DNA of 64,000 bases, from the NCBI GenBank assembly GCA_025594325.1, contig JANHCV010000001.1:3038001-3102000 (forward strand). Direction: 5' to 3'. This document shows positions 24,079-34,332 of the stretch, piece by piece (position 1 is the first letter of the stretch; each line of letters starts with the position of its first letter). The DNA is from Blastocladiella emersonii ATCC 22665. Lineage: Eukaryota; Fungi; Blastocladiomycota. Below the pieces are notes generated by a model. It was given only the letters and a program-made list of their open reading frames with translations, made no database searches and was not told the DNA's origin. Made by a program: the position numbers and the translations under genes.

Positions 24079-24957
24079 ATGGAAAACTCTGAACCACTTA
24101 ATGCAAACTCCAGCAACGAACTCGCCAACGCACACATCGCCGCGGCTGTCGCGCGCGTTGAACATCTTATCCGAGGCGCCCAACGGGACGTCCGTCTGTC
24201 GACCGACGATCCGACACGGCTTGCACTAGCTTCGGAAGAGCTCGACGACGTCGTGGATACCATCGATCGCCTTTATGATCACCTCAATCGCGACTGGGCC
24301 AACTACCGCATCGCCCACTGCCGCCGCATCCAGGACGAAATCCTTCACTTTTTCTTCGCGCCCGAAGCTCTCATCCGCGGTGGCCATGGCCAGCCTCTTC
24401 CCGGCGCACTCCCTGGGCGCGGTTCGCTTTCGGGTCTTGTTACTCGTATCGCAACAGGCGGTCGACCTGCTTTTCACATTCAGCCCAGGTTTCTTCTCTA
24501 CCTGAGCAACTATCGCATGCTACCAATGACGAAAATTGCTGCTATGTTCAAGATCTCTACGAGAACGCTTTATCGTCTCATCGACAAAGCTGGAATCAAG
24601 GATCAGATCGGCCACGCCAGGATTTCTGATGCACGGCTTGATGAGCTTATTCGCGAATATCTTGTCACGCACCCGTTGAGCGGCTGGCGCATGACTTTGG
24701 GCCATCTTCAGTCGGTCCTTTGTCGGCCCGTTCAGCACGCGCGTGTCCGCGACTCGCTCCGCCGCGTAAACCCTGGCGCCGTCAAGAATCGGCGCTACGC
24801 GCAAATCTCTCGCCGCGAGTTTCGCGTCGCTGGTCCAATGGCGCTTTGGCACCACGACGGCTACCACAGGCTCATTCAGTACGTTTTCCTGCCTCGCTCA
24901 CGTTATGCCCACTCCCTGAGTCGTCTCAATCCCGTCTGAAAACGGACTTGTACTAAC
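24079..24957 (+). pseudogene. Truncated eukaryotic IS3/IS481-like DDE transposase (HTH plus start of integrase core)
   Basis: HTH-like LPMTKIAAMFKISTRTLYRLI; second helical unit LDELIREYLVTHPLSGWRMTLGHLQS...RVRDSLRRVNP; RREFRVAGPMALWHHDGYHRLI containing the first catalytic Asp. An intron donor follows at 24879 with branch TACTAAC at 24951-24957, but there is no usable acceptor and no remaining core exon. Confidence 0.75.
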
Positions 24958-25029
24958 GTCTTGCCGCCGCCGAACGTCTCGCCGCCGTCGCATCTGGCCA
25001 CCCCGAATCTCTTTCATCCGAAGCTTGCC

Positions 25030-25881
25030 ATGTACGTGGCGGGCGGTGGCGACGTGTCGCGTCGTCGGTTCCTTCACGATACTTTTGAGAACCACCGCCG
25101 CGACCTTCCCGTAGAGCTTCGCGCGGTTGTCGACGGCCTCATCACCCAGGATTCTGAGCAGTTCTCCAGCGACGACGAGAAGCTGGCCAAGATTAAGACC
25201 GCGTACGTCAACGTCTCCTGCGAGGACATCGTCGATACGGCTCCCCTCGAAGCAATTTGCACGCGTGGATCTTGCATGTGTCAGACGCACTTCGGCTTCA
25301 TGAATCCTGGAGCGAGCGGCTACGACTGGGCGCGGTGGCTGTTCTGCCACGCGTACGGGTTCCCGCTCATTGATGCGCTTGACTCGTTCCACCACGGACT
25401 TCTTGGCCCTGCTGGACTTCCTAGCCTCTTGAATGGCTCGGCTCTTGCACTTGCTCGGGTCTTTCTCTCACACAAGGGATTTGCGCTGCCCGGCCCCAAG
25501 GACGTCGCCGATTGTTTTGTGGCAGACGCGCCAACGCCCGACCCTCTTACTGGAACTTGGTGGAACGACCTCGTGTACAGTTCCCTGCTCGATTGGCTCA
25601 AGACCAAAACTCGAGTGCAATGCGGAAAGCTCATGAAGGCGCTTACAACTGACCGGCGCGCCTACATCGACGGCAAGCTGAATACCGTGGACGTTGTCAT
25701 CTCACCATTCCCACAGGAAGATCGCGACAGGCGTCGTACCAAACCGTTCGTGCACCCTAGGACGTGCATCAAGGAGGTCGTTTTCTACATTCACGACTCT
25801 CGATTTGTGAATCCGTGGCCCTCAATCCGCGCCTGCCTTTTGGGTCTCATGGATGGCGAGATTACTTTTCACACTGGCTAG
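25030..25881 (+). CDS. Minimal HECT-like E3 ubiquitin ligase domain protein inside the transposon island (possibly 5'-truncated)
   Basis: C-terminal LLDWL...GKLMKALTTDRR...KPFVHPRTCIKEV...CLLGLMDGEITFHTG* matches the HECT C-lobe pattern (F.TG...LP.AHTC...L..AI...GF), with catalytic Cys at 25765-25767 and Phe at position -4. Confidence 0.6.
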   Translation: MYVAGGGDVSRRRFLHDTFENHRRDLPVELRAVVDGLITQDSEQFSSDDEKLAKIKTAYVNVSCEDIVDTAPLEAICTRGSCMCQTHFGFMNPGASGYDWARWLFCHAYGFPLIDALDSFHHGLLGPAGLPSLLNGSALALARVFLSHKGFALPGPKDVADCFVADAPTPDPLTGTWWNDLVYSSLLDWLKTKTRVQCGKLMKALTTDRRAYIDGKLNTVDVVISPFPQEDRDRRRTKPFVHPRTCIKEVVFYIHDSRFVNPWPSIRACLLGLMDGEITFHTG

Positions 25882-25987
25882 AGATGTGTCTGTCGCTGGT
25901 ACTTGTTCCTGTTTCTTGTTCTTTGTTTTTGATCTAGTTGTTAGATTAGTCACTTGATGCCTCGCGAACGAGGAACCGTCCGTCAGT

Positions 25988-26284
25988 GGACACGTTGCGC
26001 AATTCGGGCCTCTCCCCAAATCTTGAATGGCTGGGCGCGTCACGCGACGCGCCGAACCGCAACGCAAGCGACCTGCCACGCCTCTCGACAAGCGCTGCAC
26101 TCGCGACTCCCTGCAAAGCGAGGGCCGAACTTTCAGGCCCCGCTTCCGCGCGTCGGCCGCGTTCCGCGAGCGGCGAGAGGCGTGGCAGGTCGCGGCGGCG
26201 CCCGCAAGCTGGCGGCGGCGCAGGTCGCGTGGACGCGCCAGCCTTTCAAGATTCGGGGGGAGGCCCGAATTGCGCAACGTGTCC
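25988..26284. mobile_element. 297-bp non-autonomous MITE with about 54-bp terminal inverted repeats and AGT target-site duplication
   Basis: Left TIR GGACACGTTGCGCAATTCGGGCCTC... (25988-26041) versus right TIR (26232-26284): first 25 bp perfect, 3 mismatches and 1 indel overall. AGT flanks both sides (25985-87, 26285-87). Inner perfect 20-bp inverted repeat at 26068-26087 / 26174-26193. Confidence 0.85.
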
Positions 26285-26529
26285 AGTGAGTGCGACGCGT
26301 CTCAATCGCGATGTGAGACATCACGTGATATCGCGACGCGTCCCAAACGCACGTCACCCGACGCGAAAAATAGGGGCACATCCAAATCTTTTCTTAAAAG
26401 GGATTCTGATGATTACCTTCAGTGTAGTAACAGTACTATAACCACAAAGCATACATCCGCCGTTGCGGCTATACATTCCCACAATCGACAAAGACGATCG
26501 TTGACACACGCGCGCGCGGGCTCAAGTAG

Positions 26530-28469
26530 CAGGTGGCCAGCGTAGTCGCGGCCCAGGTAGCGCTGGATAATACGTTCGTTGGGCGAGTCGCTGCAGATCT
26601 CAAGCATTATGAGGTTGAGCAGCTCGTACTCGTTGTTCGGCTCGCGTTGACGCCTGGTGCGCTCCGCGACGACGAGGTACGGCCCGTTTTTAACGGCTTC
26701 CGCCTCTCCGAGCGCTATTTGTTGGCCTCGTGATCCCACTGGAGCACGAGATCGCCGACCTGGATCGTCGCGTCGCGTAGTTGGTGCGGGCGCGCGGCAA
26801 CGCGGCCGTTGGCGCGCGACTTGGCGAAGCAGTGAGCCGCGAGGGCGACGTTCGACGCGTGGGCCTGGATCTGCGCCGAACGCGCGGCGAGGGCGACGTC
26901 AGCCGAGGTCGGGACTGTCCGATCCCACGTCGGGAAGAGGACCTTGGCGGGCCTGCGCGGTGCGCGCGCACACGAGCTCGAACAGCGAGCGACCCGTCGA
27001 CTCGCGGACCATGCAGCGGTCGGCGAAACGCGTCTCCGTGAGGTTCGCGTCGTGCGCCGGGTTACTGGCCGAGAGCTTGGCAAGGGCACGGATCAGCGGC
27101 TTGTGGCCTGACCCGACGCCGCCATTGGCGCCCAGGTTGTACAGCGTGACGTTGACCAGGCGGGAACCGACCAAGTAGGCCCAGTTGGCTACGAGGGCGG
27201 AGCCGCACGACCCGTTGTTAGTGATGATGCGCTTGGGGAACCCGTGGCGGTGAGCGAGTCGGCGGAGGAGGTCGAAAACGTGCTCGGCGACCATCAAGGG
27301 CACGTACTTGGCCTCAGGGTATCCCGTGAGCAGGCAGCGGGCGACGACGAGCGTCAACGAGGCCTTCGTCGCGCCCACTTGGACGTGGTCGAGATCGATC
27401 TCGTCAAACGGCACCACTGGAACGTCGCGCCCGCCAAGTAGGTCCCGATCCTGAGCTAGCGACCAGCGCTGGCACTCGTTGTCGCACGTCTCAACGATCC
27501 GCTGGACCGTACGACCATATTCCGCCAGTAGTATCGGGACACGACCTACTTGAGCGTCGCCTTCTGGCCGCGGTGGCCGAGCCCGTTGTGCAGGAACACC
27601 AGGACCTTCTGCTGCGCGTCGCGGGCGACGACGACAGGGCGCGGCCTGAGCTTCCTCTCGGCGACGCGGTACAGGAGCCCGTTGTCAGCGAACCGGTGCT
27701 GCGCAGCACACGAGCGGAACAGGTCGGCGTTGCGCGTGCTGGTCGCCGACTTGGGCATGACGTATGACGAGTAGTAGTCGTAGATCTCCTGGTGGTACGC
27801 CGTGTACCCGTCGGCGAGATGGTGGTGACCAGCCATGATCTCGGCGGCCGTGACGCGGTCAAGACCAGCTTCGACCCACGCATCGAGTTCGGCGTCCTCG
27901 ACCGTGCCCGCCTTGCGGTTGCGGACCGTCTCCACGCGTGACAGCGCGTCGGCGAGCACGTGCTTTTCGCGCGAGATGTGCTTCATCTGGATGTTAAACT
28001 CGCGCGCCGCCGAAAGCCACCGCCCCATGGCCGGGTCTAGCGGGTCGGTGCTGTCACTGAACATGCTGGCGACGGCGGACGAGTCGCGGCGGCCGTTGAG
28101 GTACGGGCGCAGCTTGTGCGTCGCCACGAGCACGCGCTGCGTATTTTTGAGTACCGTAGACTTGAACCGGACTGGGTGCTCCGAGTCGACGTCGTTCTCA
28201 TCAACGCGCATGAGCGCAGCGCCGACGCTGACGTCTGAAGTGTTGACGTACAGGACGAGCTCAGCGTCGGGCTTGACCTCAGCGGCCTGCAGCGCGAGGA
28301 TGTCCTCAACGATGGCTTTGACCTTGTTGAGCGTAGCGGCGGGCTCGGCCGACCAGTTGATAAGCGTGTCGGGCAGCGCGCCGTCGCGTCGGCGGGCGAG
28401 GTCAAGGAGCGGCTCGATGAACGTCAAAAGGTGCACGACATAAGCAGGTTGAATAGAGACTGAGCGCAT
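26530..28469 (-). mobile_element. Degenerate Ty3/Gypsy pol fragment (RT connection, RNase H, integrase zinc finger and core, GPY motif); no LTRs or RT core seen
   Basis: INWSAEPAATLNKVK, LVLYVNTSDVSVGAAL, KHISREKHVLADALSR, LHNGLGHRG, HGFPKRIITNNG and NGPYLV lie across several frames with frameshifts and stops; domain order is RH then INT. Confidence 0.88.
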
Positions 28470-29654
28470 CGTTCCTCACGGCACCCCACTGCAAGGTCTC
28501 ACGGTGCACGCACAGGGTACATGACCAGCGGGAGCAACGGGCCAGGATGCCTCCTCGTGGCATGTGCGCTCACGTTTACGATGAGCAACCCGGGACTTTT
28601 CAGTGTGTTGAGTGGTGCGTGGGTGATAATATGCTATATTAGATTACATTGCATCGAGTGTCTAGGGTCCGGGGGTGGGAGAGCGGGAGCTATAGGCCAG
28701 CTGAAGGCAGAGCGAGCGGCAGAGCGGTGGCGGGAGGCGGTTCCGAGGTCACCCGAGCGCCACTCAGGAATCTTCGAGCGAAACTTCGCGCGAAGTTCCC
28801 GCCGAAACCCTTTTGTCTCGAAGAAGAAATCAACGGAAATTCCGTGGAGGCCTTCCCACTTCCCTTAAAAATTCCTTGAAGATTAAATCAGTCTAGCTGT
28901 GCTTTTTGAAGCGTAAAACGAACCGGAAGTGAAGTGGAACCTTTTGTCAGGGATGGTACGCCATACGATGCCCTCTGCGGCCGTCCAGGAATCGGCACGG
29001 GGCTCGACCTGGCCAGGACGGCCGCCGCCGGTCCCGACCCTGGCCGTCGCCACGGCCGCAGTTGTGCCAGTTGCGCGTTGTGGCCGGCCACAGCCGGCGA
29101 GAAGGCCCGGGCGGAAAAGGAGGATCGGCGCAGCGCGAGAACGCGATGTGCGAGACATGCACGTGCGCCTGAGCTGCGCCACCGAGATCGCGTCGTCGCC
29201 GGCCGACCGCTCCCTGGGAACGGCGTCACGCATCGCTCGCCTCGGCAGCATGTTTCTCCACGCCCGCGGCAACGGGCCCGCGGAGGCGGTGATGATGGGC
29301 AACAGCGTCCGAGACCGCGGCAGCGGCTAGCGCTCTCCCACGCTTTCCCTCAGCTGCGCGTCTCAGCGTGATCCATCTCACCCCGCCGCCACGATGCCGA
29401 TCCCACCCGCCTCCGCCGTTGCCGAGCGGCTCGGCGTCCCGCCGCGCTCGCTGCTGTTCAGCGGGCCGCTGCACCCGCACCCGGCCGCGCACCCGCCCAC
29501 GCCGCTGCCGCTCCTGCAGCCCCCACACCTCGCGCGCGTCTTCACCCCTCCGCTCCCGCGTCGCCTCTCGTCCTCCCCGGACCTCCACCATCCACGCTTT
29601 GCCCCGCTCAGCAACCTCTCTGACACCACCACCACACCCACCACACCTACCACG

Positions 29655-31732
29655 ATGCCGCACCACCCACACCGCGCTCCCGCGCAGCCGGTCACGGCGA
29701 CCACCACCACCGCCGACACCATCATCCGCACGGCCGAGCCCATCGACGAGGGCGCGCCGAGCTACGCCGACGTGGTCAAGACGGGCGAGCTGCCTGTTGT
29801 CGAGGCCGGTACGCGTCGCGTCTCGCGCGCTGCGTTTCACACGCGACCCCGCGACTCACACCACCACCCTCGCTCGTCTCCGTAGTCCCCAACGAGCCGA
29901 CGGTCGTCAGCTCCGAGACGGTGATCACGACGACGACGGTCCCGCGCCCCGCCGAGCCCATGTCGGTGTCGCCGCGCCATGATCAGCCGGCGCATCACCA
30001 TCATCAACCCGCGCATCACACGGCTGCCGCCGCCGCGGACGCCGACGCCAACACGGCGGGCCTGCGCGACGCGCTCGACTCGGGTCTCGAGTCGGCCGAG
30101 GGCGTGATCAACGCGGCGGGCGCGCAGGCGGCGCGCCTGGCGCACGACGCGACGGCGGCCGTCGAGCGCACGGCGGACCGCGCGCGCGGGACGGCCGAGT
30201 CGGTGCTGCGCGGTCCGGCCAAGTCGGCGGCGCGCGTCATCACGGACGAGGGCCAGTCGGCGGCTGAGCGCGCGGCCGATCTTGGGCGGCGCGCCGAGAC
30301 CATGGCCGAGGACGGCGTGCGCCGCGCCGCGTCGGGGATCAAGGAGGCGGCGCAGCAGGACGCGGCCGGCGTCAAGGAGGCGGTCCAGCACGGCGCCGAG
30401 CAGGTCAAGCAGACGGCGCGGTCGGCCGAGCACCAGGCGGCCAAGACGGCCGAGAACGTCGGGCACCAGGCAGCCAAGACGGCCGAGGACCTGGGCCAGC
30501 GCGCCGCCGAGACGCTCGGGTCGGCCGAGCACGAGGCGGCCAAGGCGGCCGAGTCGATGGGCCAGCGCGCGGCGGACGCGACCAAGTCGGCCGAGCGCAC
30601 CATGTCGCAGGCGGCCGAGTCGGTCGGCCACCGCGCCGCCGAGACGCTGCACTCGGCCGAGCACCGTGCCGCGGACGCGGCGCAGACGGTGCGTTCGGGT
30701 CTCGCGTCGGCGGCCGGCACGGCGCGGCACGCGGGCGGGACCGCGGCCGACGCGGCGCGCTACGGGTTCGAGGCGGCCAAGGAGACGGCCGAGGAGACGC
30801 TGCACCGCGCCGAGGCCACGGCCAAGTCGCGCGCCCAGGTCATGCTCGAGGAGCTCGAGGGCGCGGCCGAGTCGGGCACCGAGGCGGTGCGCGCGCGCCT
30901 CGACAAGTTCAAGCCCGTGCGCGGCACGTCCGCCGGCGAGGGCGGCGCGGCCGGCGCCGAGGACTCGGCTGAGGAGGGCACTGCCGCGGGCGGCAAGGCC
31001 GTGATCAAGGAGGCCATCTCCAAGGCGACCGAGGTGGCCGAGGAGCTCGCCGAGGCCAAGCTCGACCAGTCGGTGCGCGACTCGCAGGCGCGCGCCGAGT
31101 CGATTCTGAGCAAGATCGAGAGCGCGGCGTCGGCGGGGCCCGCGGCAGTGCGCGCGCAGCTCGATGCGCCGGCTGAGCAGCCCGAAAAGTCGCTCGCCGA
31201 CAAGGCCAAGGACGCGGGCCGCCGCACCATGGACACGGTGCGCGCCGAGCTCGAGGAGCTCACAGCGACGGGCCGCGACGAGACGGCGCAGCTGCGCGAG
31301 GCCGAGGCGGCGGCGCGCGACGCGGTCAAGGCGACGCGGCGCGCCGAGGGCAAGCAGGGGATCCCGCTGCCCGAGGACCTGGACGAGGCCGAGTCGGGCG
31401 TCCTCGACACGCTGTCGTCGGCGCTGCACCGCGTCGAGGACTCGGTCGCCGAGGTGGTCGAGGGCGCCGAGACCACGGTCGCGGGCGCCGTCGGGTCGCT
31501 GGCCGACCGCGTGCGCGCGCTGCGCGACCAGGTGGCCGAGGGCCTCAAGAACGCGGTGTCGTCCGGGTCGGGCCCCGTGCCCGCGCCCACGCCGGCCGAC
31601 GAGTACGAGGAGCTCCTGCGCGCGCCGTCGGACGAGCTGTCGCTGACGCAGGGCGAGGAGGAGAGCCTCGCGGCCGAGAAGCGCGCCGAGCTGTTTGCCG
31701 ACGACCTCGTCACGCTGATCAACGAGGAATAG
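29655..31732 (+). CDS. LEA group 3-like / apolipoprotein-like Ala-Glu-rich protein with 11-mer repeats
   Basis: Exon 1 29655-29808 (an upstream in-frame ATG at 29394 is possible), intron 29809-29885, exon 2 to 31732; repeats ARSAEHQAAKT/AENVGHQAAKT/AEDLGQRAAET/LGSAEHEAAKA/AESMGQRAADA... Confidence 0.75.
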
Positions 31733-31835
31733 GCGCGTGCGCGCGCGTCGTTGTCGGGTGAGGGCGCCGTGTGTGCGGGCCCGCATTGATTGCTCGTGTT
31801 GAGATATCATGTGTATAAAGCTATCCATCCATTCA

Positions 31836-33356
31836 TCACACTCGCGCGGTGGCAGCAATAGTACGCGCCGCGTCCCACGCACTGCGGACGCAGTCGTTGA
31901 CGCCGACGCCGCGGTACCACGCGCCCGCGAGGTGGACGCGCGGGTCGAGCGCGGCGCGGGCCGCATCGACGCGACGGACGTGGCCGACGGCGTACTCGGG
32001 GATGCAGTCGCGGTGAATGCGCGCGCACACGGCGACGGGCTCGGCGGTCCACGGCGGGATGCACAGGTGGAACCGGATCGCGTCGAGCGCGCGGCGCGCC
32101 GCCTCCGCCTCGCTCGGCAGCGCCGGCAGGCCCACAAAGTAGTGCCCGCCCATCATGACCGTGAACTTGACGACGTGGTCCTCGGCGGCGTCGGGCCGCG
32201 GTACCGCGGCCGAGTCGAAGATGATGCCCAGCAGGTGCGGGTCGGTCCGGGAGCCCTTGGACAGCGGCGACAGCACGCCGAAGCCCTGGCACCGGTCGAG
32301 CACGGCGCGCGGCACGTCCGCGGCGCGGAACGCGATGTTGGTTACGGCCACGGTCACGGCGGACATGTCGGCCAGCGGCGCGAGCGCGGCGGGGTCCGTG
32401 GACGGCGGGTTGAGCGCGGCAAGGGCGGGCGCGGGGATCGCGGAGATGACGTGGTCGGCGGTGATGGGCGCCCCCGTCGAGGTGTGGACCTCGAGGCCGG
32501 TGTTAGTGGAAACGATCTTGGTCGGCGTGGTCTCGGTGCGGACCTCGACGCCCGCGGCATCGAGCGACTTGGTCGCGGCGGCGACGACGGACTCGAGCCC
32601 GTCGCGCAGCGCGTAGATGCTGGCGCCCTTGACGCGGTCCCACAGCCGCGCGAGGTCGGGGTTTCCGGCGAGGAGCGCGGCGAGGGCGGCCTGGTCGGCG
32701 GGCGGCGGCGTGGTGGCGCCGCGGAGCATGCCGAGGGCCACGGACCCGAACTCGCGCTCGGCGCGGGCGAGCGACGGGAACGTGGCCTCGACACTCAGAA
32801 TCCGCGCGCTGTTGGCGTAGATGCCGTGGACGATGGCGGACACGAGGTTTTCGGCGAGGGCGGGCGAGAAGCGGCGCGCGACGAGGTCGTATACGCTCTC
32901 GTCCCCGGCAGCGGGCGGGTTGCGGCGGCGCAGGACTTCGCGGATGGCGATGGGCCCGATGTTGTGCATGGCCGAGGTCGAGTCGCGGCACTTTTTCCAC
33001 ACGGCGGGGAGCGACGAGGGCAGCAGCTCGATCTTGTCGTTGCGCAGGAGGAAGCGGTTCTTTGCGCTGGGCGACGACTTGGGGACGACGATGAGCTGGT
33101 CCTCGAGGCCCAGCTGCTGCAGGTAGTCGACGGTCACGGCGCCCGCGAGGCCGACGGGCCGCAGCGTGCGCGGGCCCGACTCGAGCAGGACCGGTTTCCC
33201 GTCGACTTCAGCGCGCTCGGTCTGGATCCAGCCGCCGGGCCGCGCGGACCGCTCGAGGACCGTGACCGAGGCCAGGGGGAGCGCGCGCTTGACGTAGTGG
33301 GCGGCGGCGAGGCCCGTGATGCCGCCGCCGAGGATGGCGACGCGGGGGCGGGACAT
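31836..33356 (-). CDS. HEM14: Protoporphyrinogen oxidase
   Basis: MSRPRVAILGGGITGLAAAH (FAD-binding), GGWIQT, LLESGPRTLRP, AIVHGIYA, CIPEYAVGH, AGAWYRGVGVNDCV; single exon. Confidence 0.95.
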   Translation of the reverse strand: MSRPRVAILGGGITGLAAAHYVKRALPLASVTVLERSARPGGWIQTERAEVDGKPVLLESGPRTLRPVGLAGAVTVDYLQQLGLEDQLIVVPKSSPSAKNRFLLRNDKIELLPSSLPAVWKKCRDSTSAMHNIGPIAIREVLRRRNPPAAGDESVYDLVARRFSPALAENLVSAIVHGIYANSARILSVEATFPSLARAEREFGSVALGMLRGATTPPPADQAALAALLAGNPDLARLWDRVKGASIYALRDGLESVVAAATKSLDAAGVEVRTETTPTKIVSTNTGLEVHTSTGAPITADHVISAIPAPALAALNPPSTDPAALAPLADMSAVTVAVTNIAFRAADVPRAVLDRCQGFGVLSPLSKGSRTDPHLLGIIFDSAAVPRPDAAEDHVVKFTVMMGGHYFVGLPALPSEAEAARRALDAIRFHLCIPPWTAEPVAVCARIHRDCIPEYAVGHVRRVDAARAALDPRVHLAGAWYRGVGVNDCVRSAWDAARTIAATARV

Positions 33357-33626
33357 GATGGTCTCGATTGCGTCTAGAGGTCGCGATACATGGGGTGAAT
33401 GGTTGTTGATGGCCCGAGGAGAGGGAGAAGGTTGCGGCCAACGGCTCGGCCGACAGAGCGAGCGTCGCGATCGGCGCGCCCCACGTGATGGGCGTTTCCA
33501 CGCGTTCCCTCCGCCCTTGGCCGCGGGCGCTCGGTCGGGGACGCCCACGCGCTGCCTCTCCTCCTCCGGCTCTCGCTCTCTCGCTCTCTCGATCCCGCAC
33601 AGACAGCTTATGCAGTGCAAACGCAC

Positions 33627-34332
33627 ATGATGGCAAACGCGAGCTCAACTACCAGTCGGGTCCGTGGTCATGACGCCGCGGCGCACGGCAGCTCCCCACG
33701 CCCCTGACTCGGGAACGAGGATGGCTGTGTAGCCCGGATCGCCGTCCAAAGTCAAGGCGCTGCGCGACATTGCGCTCGAGGTGCACGCCGGGCTCAACTC
33801 GGTCAGCTCGGCCGCGCAGGCGGCAGTCGTCGCGTCCTACTTTGACGAGGATTCGCGCTTCTCGGGTGCGTGTACTCCACGAACGGCATCTCTCCTGCAG
33901 TTTACTCACCGTCTGTGCAACTGCCTAGACCCGATCGTCCTCGCGCAGTCGACGGACCTGATCCGCGGCGTGTTCTCGGGCAACCTGCTCGCCTTCTCGG
34001 CCATCGACAAGCGGATCCTGTCCGTGACCGAGTCGAGCAGCGCGCCCATGTACCAGCAGGACCTGCACGTCGTGTGCATCGACGCGGACGTGTGCTACAC
34101 TTTCAAGCTGCTGCCGTTCACGGCCAAGATCCGCACCGTCAGCAAGTTCACGCTCAACCGGCACACGGGCAAGGTCGTCGACATGGAGGACGTGTGGAGC
34201 TTCATGGACCTCATCGAGCAGATCCCGCTGCTCGGCCCGCTCTACTCCGAGTCGGTCCGGCCCTTCCTCGGCGCCGCGACCCAGTTTGTCGCTGCCAAGC
34301 TGATCGGCGTCCCCGCGCCGGCGACCAAGTGA
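33627..34332 (+). CDS. Hypothetical SnoaL/NTF2-like fold protein
   Basis: Exons 33627-33659, 33733-33865 and 33929-34332; YFDEDSRFSDPIVLA...TLNRHTGKVVDMEDVWS pattern typical of NTF2-like proteins. Confidence 0.55.

Larger units (their letters stand above)
23846..28949. mobile_element. Composite transposon island: decayed IS3/IS481-like DNA transposon with nested MITE and Ty3/Gypsy fragment; ends tentative
   Basis: Lower GC than flanking genes; transposase and HECT-like ORFs; candidate TG...CA terminal inverted repeat TGACAAAAGG (23846-23855) / CCTTTTGTCA (28940-28949); no TSD seen. Confidence 0.5.

Noticed and set aside
24079-25881. Horizontal transfer of a bacterial IS3 element
   Set aside because: The transposase carries a spliceosomal intron with a TACTAAC branch point and a eukaryotic HECT-like neighbour, indicating a eukaryotic transposon.
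26400-28700. LTRs, PBS or PPT for the Gypsy fragment
   Set aside because: No direct repeat pair, tRNA primer site or polypurine tract found; only an internal pol relic is supported.
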